35,479 nt of DNA, from the NCBI RefSeq assembly GCF_001194135.2, contig NC_069000.1:17238672-17274150 (forward strand), read 5' to 3'. The position numbers were made by a program, and so were the translations under genes. Under the pieces are notes generated by a model. It had not been told where the DNA came from, ran no database searches, and was given only the letters and a program-made list of their open reading frames with translations. This stretch comes from Octopus bimaculoides (taxonomy: Eukaryota). Of the stretch, positions 1 through 11,286 are shown piece by piece (position 1 is the first letter of the stretch; each line of letters begins with the position of its first letter).

Positions 1-55
1 ACATATATATATATATATATACATATATATACATATATATATATATATGATACAG

Positions 56-136
56 ATACTAAAATGATACAGAGAAGATTAGCATGGCCCCTGCGCAATG
101 ATAACATGCAAATTCGTGAAGCGTTCCATATTTTTT
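56..136 (+). pseudogene. RNU6: U6 snRNA pseudogene, 5'-truncated
   Basis: ATACTAAAAT-GATACAGAGAAGATTAGCATGGCCCCTGCGCAA..AAATTCGTGAAGCGTTCCATATTTTTT matches U6, including the ACAGAGA box. It lacks the 5' stem-loop, has a ~6-nt deletion (TGGAAC) and substitutions, and has (AT)n upstream instead of a promoter. Confidence 0.93.
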
Positions 137-139
137 ATA

Positions 140-510
140 GGTGCAGGAGTGGCCCTGTGGTAAGAAGCTTGCTTCCTAACCACATGGTTCCAGGTTCAGT
201 CCCACTGCGTGGCACCTTTGACAAGTGTCTCCTACTATAGCCTTGTGCGGACCAAAGCTTTGTGAGTAGACGAAAACTGAAAGAAGCCCATCGTGTATTT
301 GTGTGCGTGTGTGTGTGTATCTGTGTCTGTGTTTGTTCCTCCACCATCGGTTGACAACCGATGTTGGTGTGTTTACGTCCCCGTAACTTAGCGGTTCGGT
401 AAAGGAGTCCGATAGAATAAGTACTAAGCTTACAAAGAATAGGTCCTGAGGTCGAATTGTTCGACTAAAAGCGGTACTCCAGCTTTGCTGCGGTCAAATG
501 CCTGAAACAG
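140..510 (+). mobile_element. tRNA-derived SINE, family A (near full length)
   Basis: A-box TGGCCCTGTGG, B-box GGTTCAGTCCC, CORE-like GCACCTTTGACAAGTGTCT and an internal (GT)n. Homologous copies at 24200-24595, 32300-32610 and 34888-35208. Confidence 0.85.
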
Positions 511-553
511 GAGCTAGCTTAAAAGCCGCACTATCGTGCGGCTTTTAAACTAG

Positions 554-623
554 TACATACATACATACATACATACATACATACATACATACATACATAC
601 ATACATACATACATACATACATA
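554..623. repeat. (TACA)n microsatellite
   Basis: Perfect tetranucleotide run. Confidence 0.95.
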
Positions 624-624
624 C

Positions 625-1101
625 AATACCAGGCACTGGCTCTCATGACTTCTAATTCTAAATTGATTTGAAGTGTTATCATGTACATATTTTGTCGTAG
701 TATAAAAGATGGACAACAGCAAATATTCTGCTCAATACCACAGATTTGCTAGTCAATTGTTTAACCTTAACCAGTTGAGCATGTCTCTTGGTGGTTGACC
801 ATATGTGCATCTCTGATCACGAGCAGAAGTAGTGGGGGGGGCATCATAGCTATGTATTGAGAGGAATTCTCTGGGATTTGAATAATTCACCTTTGGAAAC
901 ATGGGTGTTTCGTTGGACATCCTTCAACAAACCTTATTCGAAGACCTCTTGAGCAGGATGAGCTACTCGACCTGAAGAAAATTCTAACTGGGCCCCACCT
1001 GCAAGGTCATATGTTGTTTAACTTGATATGAGATAACCATGTCGCGCACATATGGTTGTGATGCATGTGCCTGGCGTACCCTCACTTTGATGACATGCAC
1101 T

Positions 1102-1102
<1 letters not shown>
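625..1102. mobile_element. Unclassified interspersed repeat (family E)
   Basis: The 715-885 segment (CAATACCACAGATTT..CCTTAACCAGTTGAGCATGTCTCTT) recurs at about 21020-21180. Confidence 0.6.

Positions 1103-1171
<69 letters not shown>
1103..1171. repeat. (CT)n microsatellite
   Basis: Perfect dinucleotide run. Confidence 0.95.
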
Positions 1172-1175
<4 letters not shown>

Positions 1176-1899
1176 TTACATACGTACATACATACATGCA
1201 TACATACATCTGAGTTTCTAAAATTTGTATTTAGTCACTAACGAGCGAACGCAACGTTATAATAGACATATGTATGTATGTATATATATGTAAGTGTACG
1301 TGTGTTTCTTTGTGATGAACAGCAGAAAAGCCACCTACCCCTTCTCTCCTTAAAGCTACGTATTCCTCACAGCCACCTTTCTTTCCCTTCCTCGGCGTTT
1401 TAAAATTTATTTATGAGCATGTGTGTGTATGTGCGTATGTATCTATGTATTTACGAAAGTAAGTATGCAGCTTCGCGTGCAAATGACAGCTGTATTAACG
1501 TTAACGTCCCACTGCCACTCTATATTTGTCGCTTACAAAACGTTGCCCTCCCCTTCACTGATATCAATCACATTCACTATGCCACCACAGCTATAAACTT
1601 AGCAAGTACTACCGACCCGTAATCCTAAATCTAGAAACCAACACTGATTCTACTTTAGCTAAATCATTAGTTTCCCGATGAGTCTTCGTAATTCTAGAAA
1701 CAACACATATAATAAACATGAAAATTATATACTCCATTTAAGAAAAGAAAACATTTTGTAAGTAAGAAGCCGATCATATATATATTTGCATTTGCGCCAA
1801 GTTTAACTGTTCTGAATCAAAATGGAATGGTATAGGGCGGGAGATTTTACCAACTGCTGCTCTTACTATTATATGAACGATTTTGCCATTAATAATACT

Positions 1900-2325
1900 G
1901 TATTATTTCTTATTTGCTTCTATCTAGAAATCGAAGGAAATGACTATTATTCCCTTCTAAATTTGCTTTTGTGGCCTGAATATCAATGTTTTGAAATTGA
2001 CCTATTTCCCATTATATTTCAGACAGATTAAGCGCTGAGTCACCGAAGCAGAATTTTCTAGAACTTTCTAGAAGTTTCAAGAACTTTGAAGAACTTTCTA
2101 AAAGTTTCAAGAATTTCTAGAACGTTCTGGCAACACAGATGGTAATACAAATACAGAAATCATAATCTCAACAATTCAGTTTATTTCTAACTGTCAAAGT
2201 GGAAACAAGTTTGAAGCAAGCAAAGTTGGAAGGAAATATTAGCCTCCTTTCGGACATTCTAGGGGAAGGTAAATATGAAATAACAGTTGCTACCTAAGGA
2301 CAAAAATCGTGTTACGCGGTGTAAT
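1900..2325. mobile_element. Unclassified interspersed repeat carrying an HSE array
   Basis: 1905-2052 aligns to about 20870-21010, and 2215-2325 aligns to about 21188-21300. Termini not resolved. Confidence 0.7.
2050..2127. promoter_or_regulatory. Heat-shock element (nGAAn inverted-pentamer) array
   Basis: GAAttTTCtaGAActTTCtaGAAgtTTCaaGAActTTGaaGAActTTCtaAAAgtTTCaaGAAtTTCtaGAAcgTTC: 16 cores, 14 perfect. The motif match is direct; function is untested. Confidence 0.6.
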
Positions 2326-2743
2326 ATGTACAGTCATCAAGTCATCGTAGACATTTTCGTTTCTTTGGAAATCATATTTTCCAGTAGGGTCTTTGGATTT
2401 GTTTCAGTTATGTAGATGCAATATCAACACATGACTTAGGATAGAGAAGAGTGTACCCTAAATTAAGTCCCTTCGTTTCTTACAGCTCAGTAATATATAC
2501 AGTTCTCAAAATTCGACCTATTTTCACTTCGTCATTTACAATATTTGCATATATTGCATATATATAAAGTCATAAATGTATAGAATTTTTTATTACATTA
2601 TTATATCAACGGTTTCGTTGATTTTTGAGCGTCAATAATTGGCTTCATTATTTCTGTGCAGGAAAATTGTAATTCATACCTCGTTACAAGTTTTGTCACT
2701 CACTCTAATACTTGTTACATTAACACTGTACTTCTGTTTCTCC

Positions 2744-2960
<217 letters not shown>

Positions 2961-3704
2961 CTTCCATCTCTACTGAATATACATATGTACATGCATTATG
3001 TATGTAGGCATGTAATTTCAGATCAGTATCTCTCTACAAGTCTGTAACTCATGCTGTTATTAACTATAAATGGCCAACAAATAAAAAAAATATTAAAAAA
3101 AAAAAATCACACAGATTGTCTTTATATGCGACAAGAAATACTTCTCTTAAATGTTTGCGGGTGTTGTTCAGCTATTTCTTCATGCAATCAAGAAGCATAT
3201 TTTCATTCACCATCCCAATTACGGTTCATCTAATAACCAGCTCTCAAAACTATACGGCCAAATAACACCCGCAACAATAGCATGAAGTGTAGAAAGAGAG
3301 AAAAGGGTCTGAGACCCCTTCCTCTCTCTCTCTCTCTCTCTCTCCCTCTTTGACTGTTGGTTTTGCTTGTGTAGTTTATTTCAACCAATTTTCCACCTTT
3401 CCTTCCTCTATCCCTCATCAAACCGGAACGCCTAAGAAAATCATTTCAGCTGGTGCGTATATTTACGGTCCATTTCTCTCTGTGTTGAAATCCCACTAAG
3501 GATAGCTTTGTTATTCGTCTTTCCTTTCGACACCGGCAATCCTTCGATATTGATAAACGACATCATTCACCTATGCAACCTTCCTACATGACATAGATTA
3601 TAGAGGCTAGAGTGAAATAGAGGGTGGATGATTTCGTCTCTTCATACCAACACTCTCTAGACACATATCAACAGAATGTCCCGACACCTATAAAACGAAG
3701 TTTA

Positions 3705-4075
3705 CATGTTGGCACTCCGTCACTTACGACGTCGAGGTGTTCCAGTTGATCCGTTCAACGGAACAGCCTGCTCGTGAAATTAACGTGCAAGTGGCTGAGC
3801 ACTCCACAGACACGTGTACCCTTAACGTAGTTCTCGGGGATATTGAGCGTGACACAGCGTGTGACAAGGCTGACCCTTTGAATTACAGGCACAACAGAAA
3901 CAGGAAGTAAAAGTGAGAGAAAGTTGTGGTGGAAGAGTACAGCAGGGTTCGCCACCATCCCCTGCTGGAGCCACGTGGAGCATTAGGAGTTTTCGCTTAA
4001 TAAACACTCTGGGAATCGAAACCGCGATTCTATGACCGCGAGTCCGCTGCCCTAACCACTGGGCCATTGCACCTC
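3705..4075 (-). mobile_element. tRNA-derived SINE (family D)
   Basis: Minus-strand head GAGGTGCAATGGCCCAGTGGTTAGGGCAGCGGACTCGCGGTC..GGTTTCGATTCCC with A and B boxes, followed by a ~300-nt non-tRNA body. Confidence 0.8.
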
Positions 4076-4548
4076 TAAATAAAACAACGTAACAATGAAG
4101 TATTAGACTCGATTTAATCGACTACACCTTTCATCACTCCCACCGCCATCCCCAGCTTTGTGGCATTGCGCTATTGCTGCCGATATTCCGGTTTCAGCGT
4201 TCGATATTTCTTCATCCATGTCCATTTTTCAATTAAACACGTTCAGCCTAAAGCAACATCTACCAAACTACTGATAACCACTATTTCATAATTAAGAAGC
4301 GAGAGGGAGTGGGTGGGGGGGGGGCGATTAGTACAATTACGACCACCAGAACTATCAGTAGCATTCCAACACAGCCACACTTGACATATTATCTGATCTC
4401 CTAGCTTAGGTAAGTCACATAGAAGAATTTTTTTTTTTTTTCATAACATAATAAATCCACTGATTGGATCAAAACCGCATAAGTCAAACCTTGTTAACTC
4501 CACACGCTTTCCTCTTTTTACTCACTTTATATTCCAAACTACAGCTAT

Positions 4549-4745
4549 TGTGTGTGTGTGTGTGTGTGTAAATATATATATATATATATTTATATATGTA
4601 TATGTGTGTATGTGTGTGTATGTATGTATGTATGTATGTATGTATGCAAGTATGTATGTATGTGTGTGGAGGCCCGCTAGTATATACATACATACATACA
4701 TACATACATACATACATACATACATACGTACGTGTGTGTGTATGT
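4549..4745. repeat. Compound (TG)/(TA)/(TATG)/(TACA) microsatellite
   Basis: Direct reading; (TATG)n and (CATA)n blocks face each other. Confidence 0.9.
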
Positions 4746-5007
4746 GTCATTATTCAGTTTCATTTCAAGATTTCTTGCCAATAGAGAAAGAGCCGGTTTC
4801 TGTCTGTCTATCTATTTTTCTGTCTGTCTATCTGTCTATATGTATGTATGTATGTATGTTATCAATCAGTTTCATTTCTGTATTTCTTGTCAATAGAGAA
4901 AGAGCCGGTTTCTAACCTAGATCCAAGGCTCCTTCATTGGAATTTCAACAACATCAACAGAGTATTTTTGTTTGTTTCTACGTATGTATGTATGTATGTA
5001 TGTATGC

Positions 5008-6328
5008 TTTTCAAAACTCTGAGGAGGGGATTTACATAAAATATCGAACAGGGAATGTTTTTAATCTAGCCAGACCGAAATTCAAAACGGAGGGTTTTAC
5101 TTCACTCATTAGGGAACTTTTGTATGCTGATGATTGTGATCTTGTCAGTCATTCTGAAACAGGTCTGCAATCTCTTGTATCTGCATTTGAATCAGCTTGT
5201 GATGATTTTGGCTTGACCATCAACTTGAAAAAAAACAGTTGTGATGCATCAACCTGCGTGTGGTGCTGTTTGTAACCCACTAAAGTTTTTGTTAAGAGTG
5301 CAAGTTACTTCAGGTTGTCGATTCGTTTCACTTACCTTGAAATCTCTATACAAAATGATGGAAATCTTGATACAGAAATACCGCTGTGACTTCAAAGGGC
5401 AGCAAAAGCATTTGGTTGCTTGGAGTCACACGTTTCGTGCCAGAGACATATAAATAAGAATACAAAGCTGGCTCTTTACATATCATTTGTCTTACCATCT
5501 CTGTTGTATTCTTATGAAACATGGCCTTGTTATGAAAGGCATTTTAAATTGTTAGGACAAATCCACCAAAAATGCCTTCATCGCATTTTAAACATTAAAT
5601 GGAGTTCTTTTACTCCAAACACAGATCTCCTTGCATCTTCAGGCATCACTTCAATTAAAGCTATGATTCTGAGGAACGAAATGAGATGGTGTGGCCATAT
5701 TGTTCGTATGGCGGATGAACACATGCCGAAACAACTGCTTTATGGTGAGCTTACAGAGGGGAAAAGCTATCAGCGTAAACCTTAAAAAAAGGTTAAAGGA
5801 CAGCATAAGAACTACTATGAAATCATTTGGAATGGATCCAGAAGACATAGAAACCCTTGCTTCGGATCGAGTTGGATGGCGAACAAAAGTGTGGAGTGGA
5901 GTGAAAGTAGTTGAAGAGGCCAGGATAACGCATGTAAAACTCAAAAGAGATCTAAGGAAGAATGTCGCGATCGAGAAGGTGAATGACAATAACGTTTTGC
6001 TGGGCTCAAATCGCATTTGCGAACCCATGGAAAACGAACCTCCTCCAACTATTCTGCCTATATGTCTGTGCACACCTTTGAATTCAGTGTATGCCGGAAG
6101 GTTTGCAAATCTTACGGAGGCCTCAAAAGACATTTTAAGATCCTCAAAGATCAGAACTTATCTGCAGCCCTTGGTGATCCAAATCGGATGTGCAATCTAT
6201 GGTGGGTGTCTTTTCAGAACGTTGTCTGGTTTAATAAGCCACATCAGATGATATGGTGGTGCTAAGGTGTAGGTACAGAAGGTGGTCAAACTCTGCATAA
6301 GGAGTAGACAGCCACCATGTATGTATGA
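5008..6328 (+). mobile_element. RTE-clade LINE, 5'-truncated and frameshifted
   Basis: RT with IRELLYADDC...FGLTINLKK, thumb LLYSYETW...HQKCLHRILNIKW, RWCGHIVRM..MPKQLLYGEL, then KRLKD...DRVGWR. Several frameshifts. Ends in a short ATGT tail. Confidence 0.92.
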
Positions 6329-7280
6329 TATAGATCATAAATGTCTTATATTCTGTTTTGAATTAATTTATGTCGCTTAGCAATTGCAGATAAAGTTGAA
6401 CGATTGTCGTGCTGATAACGGCTTTTGAGCCAATAATACGTGTCCACTGCTATCCTCTAGCCTCCAGACAACCTCCTTTTCCTTGACGGTATGTCAGCTT
6501 TGAAGAATCCATGAATCTTGAGATTATCTCCCTTTTTTAAATGGGGCTGATCTTGTCATTTTGTAATTATTATATTTCCTCTTGGTTTGGAGATAATTTT
6601 AATAAATCAAAAGTTTATGTTGTATGGTATTTGATCTACTTGTATTTTTCTATAACATCCAATATATTGCCAAATTGCTTCAAGCTGAAAATGAAAATTT
6701 ACATTCAACGATCATCAAATATGGTTGAATGGAGAACTATGGCTTGGATTCTTTGCTATGAGACACCTGAAACGTAACATTTGGTTCATGGGGCTAAAAG
6801 TTGCTGCGAAGATCCGAAACGTAATTCCACGATGAAAGAACTAAGTCCAAAGTGAAAATGTACAAGACTGAGGCAGTGGGCCATCAGAGTTATGTCCCTT
6901 GGATGAATTGCCGCAGTCCATGACCTGCAAGCGAGGATTCAAGTAGTAAAAGTTCCACTCCACCGCCACCAGTATTATACATCTGATTGTAAGGGCGTGA
7001 CAATCTAAAGGGAAAATGTACAGAAGTAGAATGACAGGGTGGTGAAGAAGTTATTTTTAAACCGGATCGGTTGCGTATATGCATATGTATAAATTTGTAT
7101 ATATAAATGTTGGAAGTATGTGTAAGAGTAATACTAACTCCTCGCTTAAGATGAGAGGAACGCTGGTGACTAGAATAGTTAGATCAAAAGTCAATTCGTA
7201 CCATAGACAATCGCGAACGGCTTGATTTGAATCGACAATGCATGTTTGTGTGTGTGGGTGAGAGAGATAGATAGAGAGAG

Positions 7281-7475
7281 ACCACTGCTTGACAACCGAT
7301 GTTGGTGTGACTACGTGCCCGTAACTTAGCGGTACAGTCATAATATTCGATAGAATAGATACCAGGCTTCTAAAAAAAATAAGTACAGTAGTTGATTCAT
7401 TAGACTAAAAATTCTTCAAGGCAGTGGTCTCACCGTGGTCACAATCTAATGACTGAAACAAATAAAAGATAAAAA
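7281..7475 (+). mobile_element. SINE family A, 3' half
   Basis: GCTTGACAACCGATGTTGGTGTG..CCCGTAACTTAGCGG..AATGACTGAAACAAATAAAAGATA, shared with 140-510. Confidence 0.75.
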
Positions 7476-7848
7476 AAAAAAAACATTTGCATACACGCAC
7501 TTGACTCGCATACAGACACACAAAGACGCATATTCATGAGTACCAGTTTAGAAAACAATCACGTGATAGTCACGCCTAAATTAGAATAGAGTAGTTTCCC
7601 TTGTTTTGAATTCAATATTCATCTACAATTGTTTTCATATACGAAGATCTAGTGAGTTCTGAGATTTTTGTCTCCTATTACGTACATAACGTATTCTTCG
7701 CTCAACTTTTTCTTCTCTTCGACCAATACATTCTATCACTGCTCTTTCCTCTTCTTGTTTATTTTCTTTTTGCTTTGTTTTTGCCGTTTCTCGCAGTATT
7801 AGAAATTACTGTTAAACTTAAGGTGTGTGTGTGTGTGTGCGCGCGCGC

Positions 7849-7891
<43 letters not shown>

Positions 7892-7923
7892 NNNNNNNNN
7901 NTATATATATATATATATATGTG

Positions 7924-7954
<31 letters not shown>

Positions 7955-8297
7955 GGCGGCAATCACACATTACGTACATTTATGACATAAACTTGAAACC
8001 GAAACACGTATGCAATCTTACGATCTACCGTGATCATAGACCGTTTTTTATTTTTAGGCGGTGGATTATTAGTTAACGGAAATTTTAGTTATGTGTGTAT
8101 ATAATTCTTATTTGGAATGGTGCTTCTCGAAGTAGATAAGGCGTGTAAATACTAAGTTTAAAACATGTTGGGTGTGTCTGTATCTCGGTAACGGCAACTA
8201 AAAATATTAAAATTTGATTACCATTACAGCAAAGGGTTATTGAATACGCAATAGTCGTAAGGTAATAACTATATTTCTGTGTGTGTGTATACGTACT

Positions 8298-8328
<31 letters not shown>

Positions 8329-8877
8329 ACACACACATACATCGTTTTCTCCAACTACTTGAATTTGTCAATTTTCAAAGGATCATTTTCAAATTTTCCG
8401 CTCTGATGTAGTTTTGCATGCTGATCACGACAGTCGCATTCGATTTTTAGAAAAATTGATGATGATGAAGAAGTTAGAAGCATTTAAATTTACGTGACTT
8501 TAGCCAACGAAATAAAGTCCAGTCTCCACGCAAGAAAATTAAAAAGATATATATATAACACAAATGGGCTGAGGTTCACAACTATTTCAGACCTGTTTTT
8601 TTCTGATGATCAAATCACTCATATCATGTACTAGTCTAGTAAGTACATGAGTGTCCGTACACACTGTTGATACGCATCCTGTTGTTGACTACTTTGGTTT
8701 CATTAAAATAATGGACCAAGCGTGGTCCATCACTTGGATTGCAGTAAGAAATTTAAACTGTCCATATTTTAAACTCTGTTTTTTTTGTTTTTGTTTTTAA
8801 TTAGTAAAATTTAGAATTTACGGAGGAAGGGGAGTGGTTTAAAAAATGTCATTTTTTTTTTTTTTTTTTTTTTTTTT

Positions 8878-9317
8878 NNNNNNNNNNNNNNNNNNNNNNN
8901 NNNNNNNNNNNNNNNNNNNNNNNNNNNNNNNNNNNNNNNNNNNNNNNNNNNNNNNNNNNNNNNNNNNNNNNNNNNNNNNNNNNNNNNNNNNNNNNNNNNN
9001 NNNNNNNNNNNNNNNNNNNNNNNNNNNNNNNNNNNNNNNNNNNNNNNNNNNNNNNNNNNNNNNNNNNNNNNNNNNNNNNNNNNNNNNNNNNNNNNNNNNN
9101 NNNNNNNNNNNNNNNNNNNNNNNNNNNNNNNNNNNNNNNNNNNNNNNNNNNNNNNNNNNNNNNNNNNNNNNNNNNNNNNNNNNNNNNNNNNNNNNNNNNN
9201 NNNNNNNNNNNNNNNNNNNNNNNNNNNNNNNNNNNNNNNNNNNNNNNNNNNNNNNNNNNNNNNNNNNNNNNNNNNNNNNNNNNNNNNNNNNNNNNNNNNN
9301 NNNNNNNNNNNNNNNNN
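8878..9317. other. Assembly gap (440 N)
   Basis: N run. Other gaps are at 7892-7901, 13174-13281, 19409-19880 and 31868-31877. Confidence 1.
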
Positions 9318-9419
9318 TGAAACAAGTAAAAGAGAAAAAGAGAGTATGAATTCCCATGTGCAGAAAAAATTCACAAACATTTTCTGAAAATTCAAAAAAA
9401 AAAAAAAAGTTACTGTATT

Positions 9420-9625
9420 TATTTTGAGATGCTCTGTGTTTCTTTCAATTACTTTAAATATAACAAAGAATTTAGTAAAACAACTTAGTTATCATTCAGC
9501 TCATGTTAGGAACATAAATTATGACTAAGGTTTGGTGGAAGATTTCAATTAAAAACTTATGAAAACAAGACATTTGTACTCAGAGCCAGAGGCAGTTTCA
9601 GCCGGGTTGGTAACGAAAGGGTTAA
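9420..9625. mobile_element. piggyBac-like non-autonomous element, one end
   Basis: Ends in ...GGTAACGAAAGGG|TTAA (GGG terminus plus TTAA target). The other end is not seen and may lie in the adjacent gap. Confidence 0.5.
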
Positions 9626-10409
9626 ACCAGAATTCTGCCCTCAAAGGGTTTATATGTGGTGCTTTAACCAGAATTCTGCCCCACTAAGACGACAATTAGC
9701 ATAGTATAACAATTCACTAACCTCAATTTTAGATGTGGTGTTATGTCTTTTGACATAACCCCATATGCGGTTCTTAAACCAGAATTCTTTGGGGAAACGT
9801 TTACAGAAGGAGTAGGTATGTAAAAGAACTTAAAGTTCTATATAAAAAAAAAAATGTAGTGGTGTTTCAGAATATCTATCCATGCTCCATGGGGAAGGAA
9901 AAATGCAAAGAATCGGGTGCGGTTTTTTAAAATTATTTTGTCCTTCAGTGTTTTGAGTTCCTGTGTTTCATACAACAGGAATTGTGATTCCAAAATTTTC
10001 ATATTTTCTTCACTAATTCCATGTCCTTTCTGTTCCCCCATAAGACAGTGATAGCTATTCTGAAATTCCATCAAAGATTGATTCAGAATCATAAATACCA
10101 TTGAATGAGACCTGGAATTAATAAAGAATAGAATAAAAACTAACCTTTTCGCTTCCCATAAGGTATAAGTGCCTTATCCAAAACTTCAAATATTAATATT
10201 GCACCCATATTTCATTCAGTATATTGCCTATCACTGATCTAAATTCATGCCATTGGCTCATTTGAGTCATTTCTTCAGCTACATAAATTAGAACTAGTCA
10301 GAACTTTTTCTGACCAAAAAGGCTTGATTAGACTGGTGAGGTGTCACAAGACTAAAACATGTCAATAGTTGTCTCCCTTCACCTACAAACAGAAATCATA
10401 ATTTCCCCT

Positions 10410-10853
10410 TTTTGATATGACTGATGTGTCCTGGAGCTCCTGCCAATTAATTTTGAGTGAGGAATTCTGAATGGAAAGAGTTGCAGCAAAATTTGTGCCT
10501 CACTTGCTCACGTAAGATTCAAAGTAGTCATGACTGAATGTATGTCGTGATCTAAAAGAACAGTTGTAAGTTGATCTTTCTCTCTGCGACTTTTTTTTTG
10601 TTCCCCTGAATGAAAAAAGTTCTTAAATGGAAACATTTTACAGATGTGGAAAAAGAAAAGAAAAATGATGGAGGTGTTAAAAGCATCACTTCACAAGAGT
10701 TCCAGAACTGCTTCAAACAGTGGAAAATGCATCTGGACCAATGCATTGCTTCAAATGGATAATGCTTTGAAGGCAATAAAAGTGTAAACGTCTAAAACTA
10801 ACTGAATAAAATAATATTGCAAAATTCTGGTTTCTTTTGGGTACCCACTCGTA
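10410..10853 (+). mobile_element. Tc1/mariner transposon relic (3' part with right TIR)
   Basis: SWSSCQLILSEE..MERVAAKFVPHLLT (WVP-like linker), degenerate C-terminus (QEFQNCFKQWK..LDQCIASNG), and TIR-like TTTCTTTTGGGTACCCACTCG followed by TA at 10852. Confidence 0.8.
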
Positions 10854-10855
10854 TA

Positions 10856-11036
10856 TTCCCCACCTGGATGGGATGCCAGTCCATCACAGAATTACTCATT
10901 TTTACCAGCTGAGTGGACTGGAGCAACATGAAATGAGTTTTACTCAAGGACACAAAGCGTCTCCCAGTCCAGAAATCAAAACCACCATTTTATGATCATG
11001 AGTCCAACACCCTAACCACCAAGCCACGTCCCTCCA
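10856..11036 (-). mobile_element. tRNA/CORE-type SINE (family F)
   Basis: Minus strand: TGGCTTGGTGGTTAGG A-box, TGTGTCCTTGAG CORE-like segment, GATGGACTGGCATCCCATCCAGG. A related fragment lies at about 32985-33100. Confidence 0.7.
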
Positions 11037-11286
11037 CAACAGATCAAGTTTACCACCCAAGAACTCATTACACCTAGAACAAGAGAGCAAATACAAGGCA
11101 TTTTATCATATTTATGATATTAGAGAGCAAAGTAATACTGGTGGTAGTAGTTGTAGTATGGTATTTGTAAACAGAATGGTGGAAGGATATACTGCTGCTG
11201 CTTCTTGTTGTTATTGTTACGATGAAAATTCTCTGATTACATCCTATTTGATTTCTCTTTTTTTAGTCTTTTCAGAAGTCAAAAAC

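Noticed and set aside
56-136. Functional U6 gene
   Set aside because: The 5' stem-loop is missing, there is an internal deletion and substitutions, and no upstream promoter elements are visible.
4005-4075. tRNA gene (also the other A/B-box heads)
   Set aside because: There is no complete acceptor stem or terminator, and each continues into a SINE body.
5651-6133. 160-aa minus-strand ORF
   Set aside because: It is the antisense shadow of the RTE coding sequence.
6541-7084. Possible exon or decayed ORF in unique sequence
   Set aside because: There are stops in all frames and no recognisable homology.
8811-9395. Long ORFs full of X (also 13051-13359 and 19333-19935)
   Set aside because: They are produced by N gaps and carry no coding evidence.
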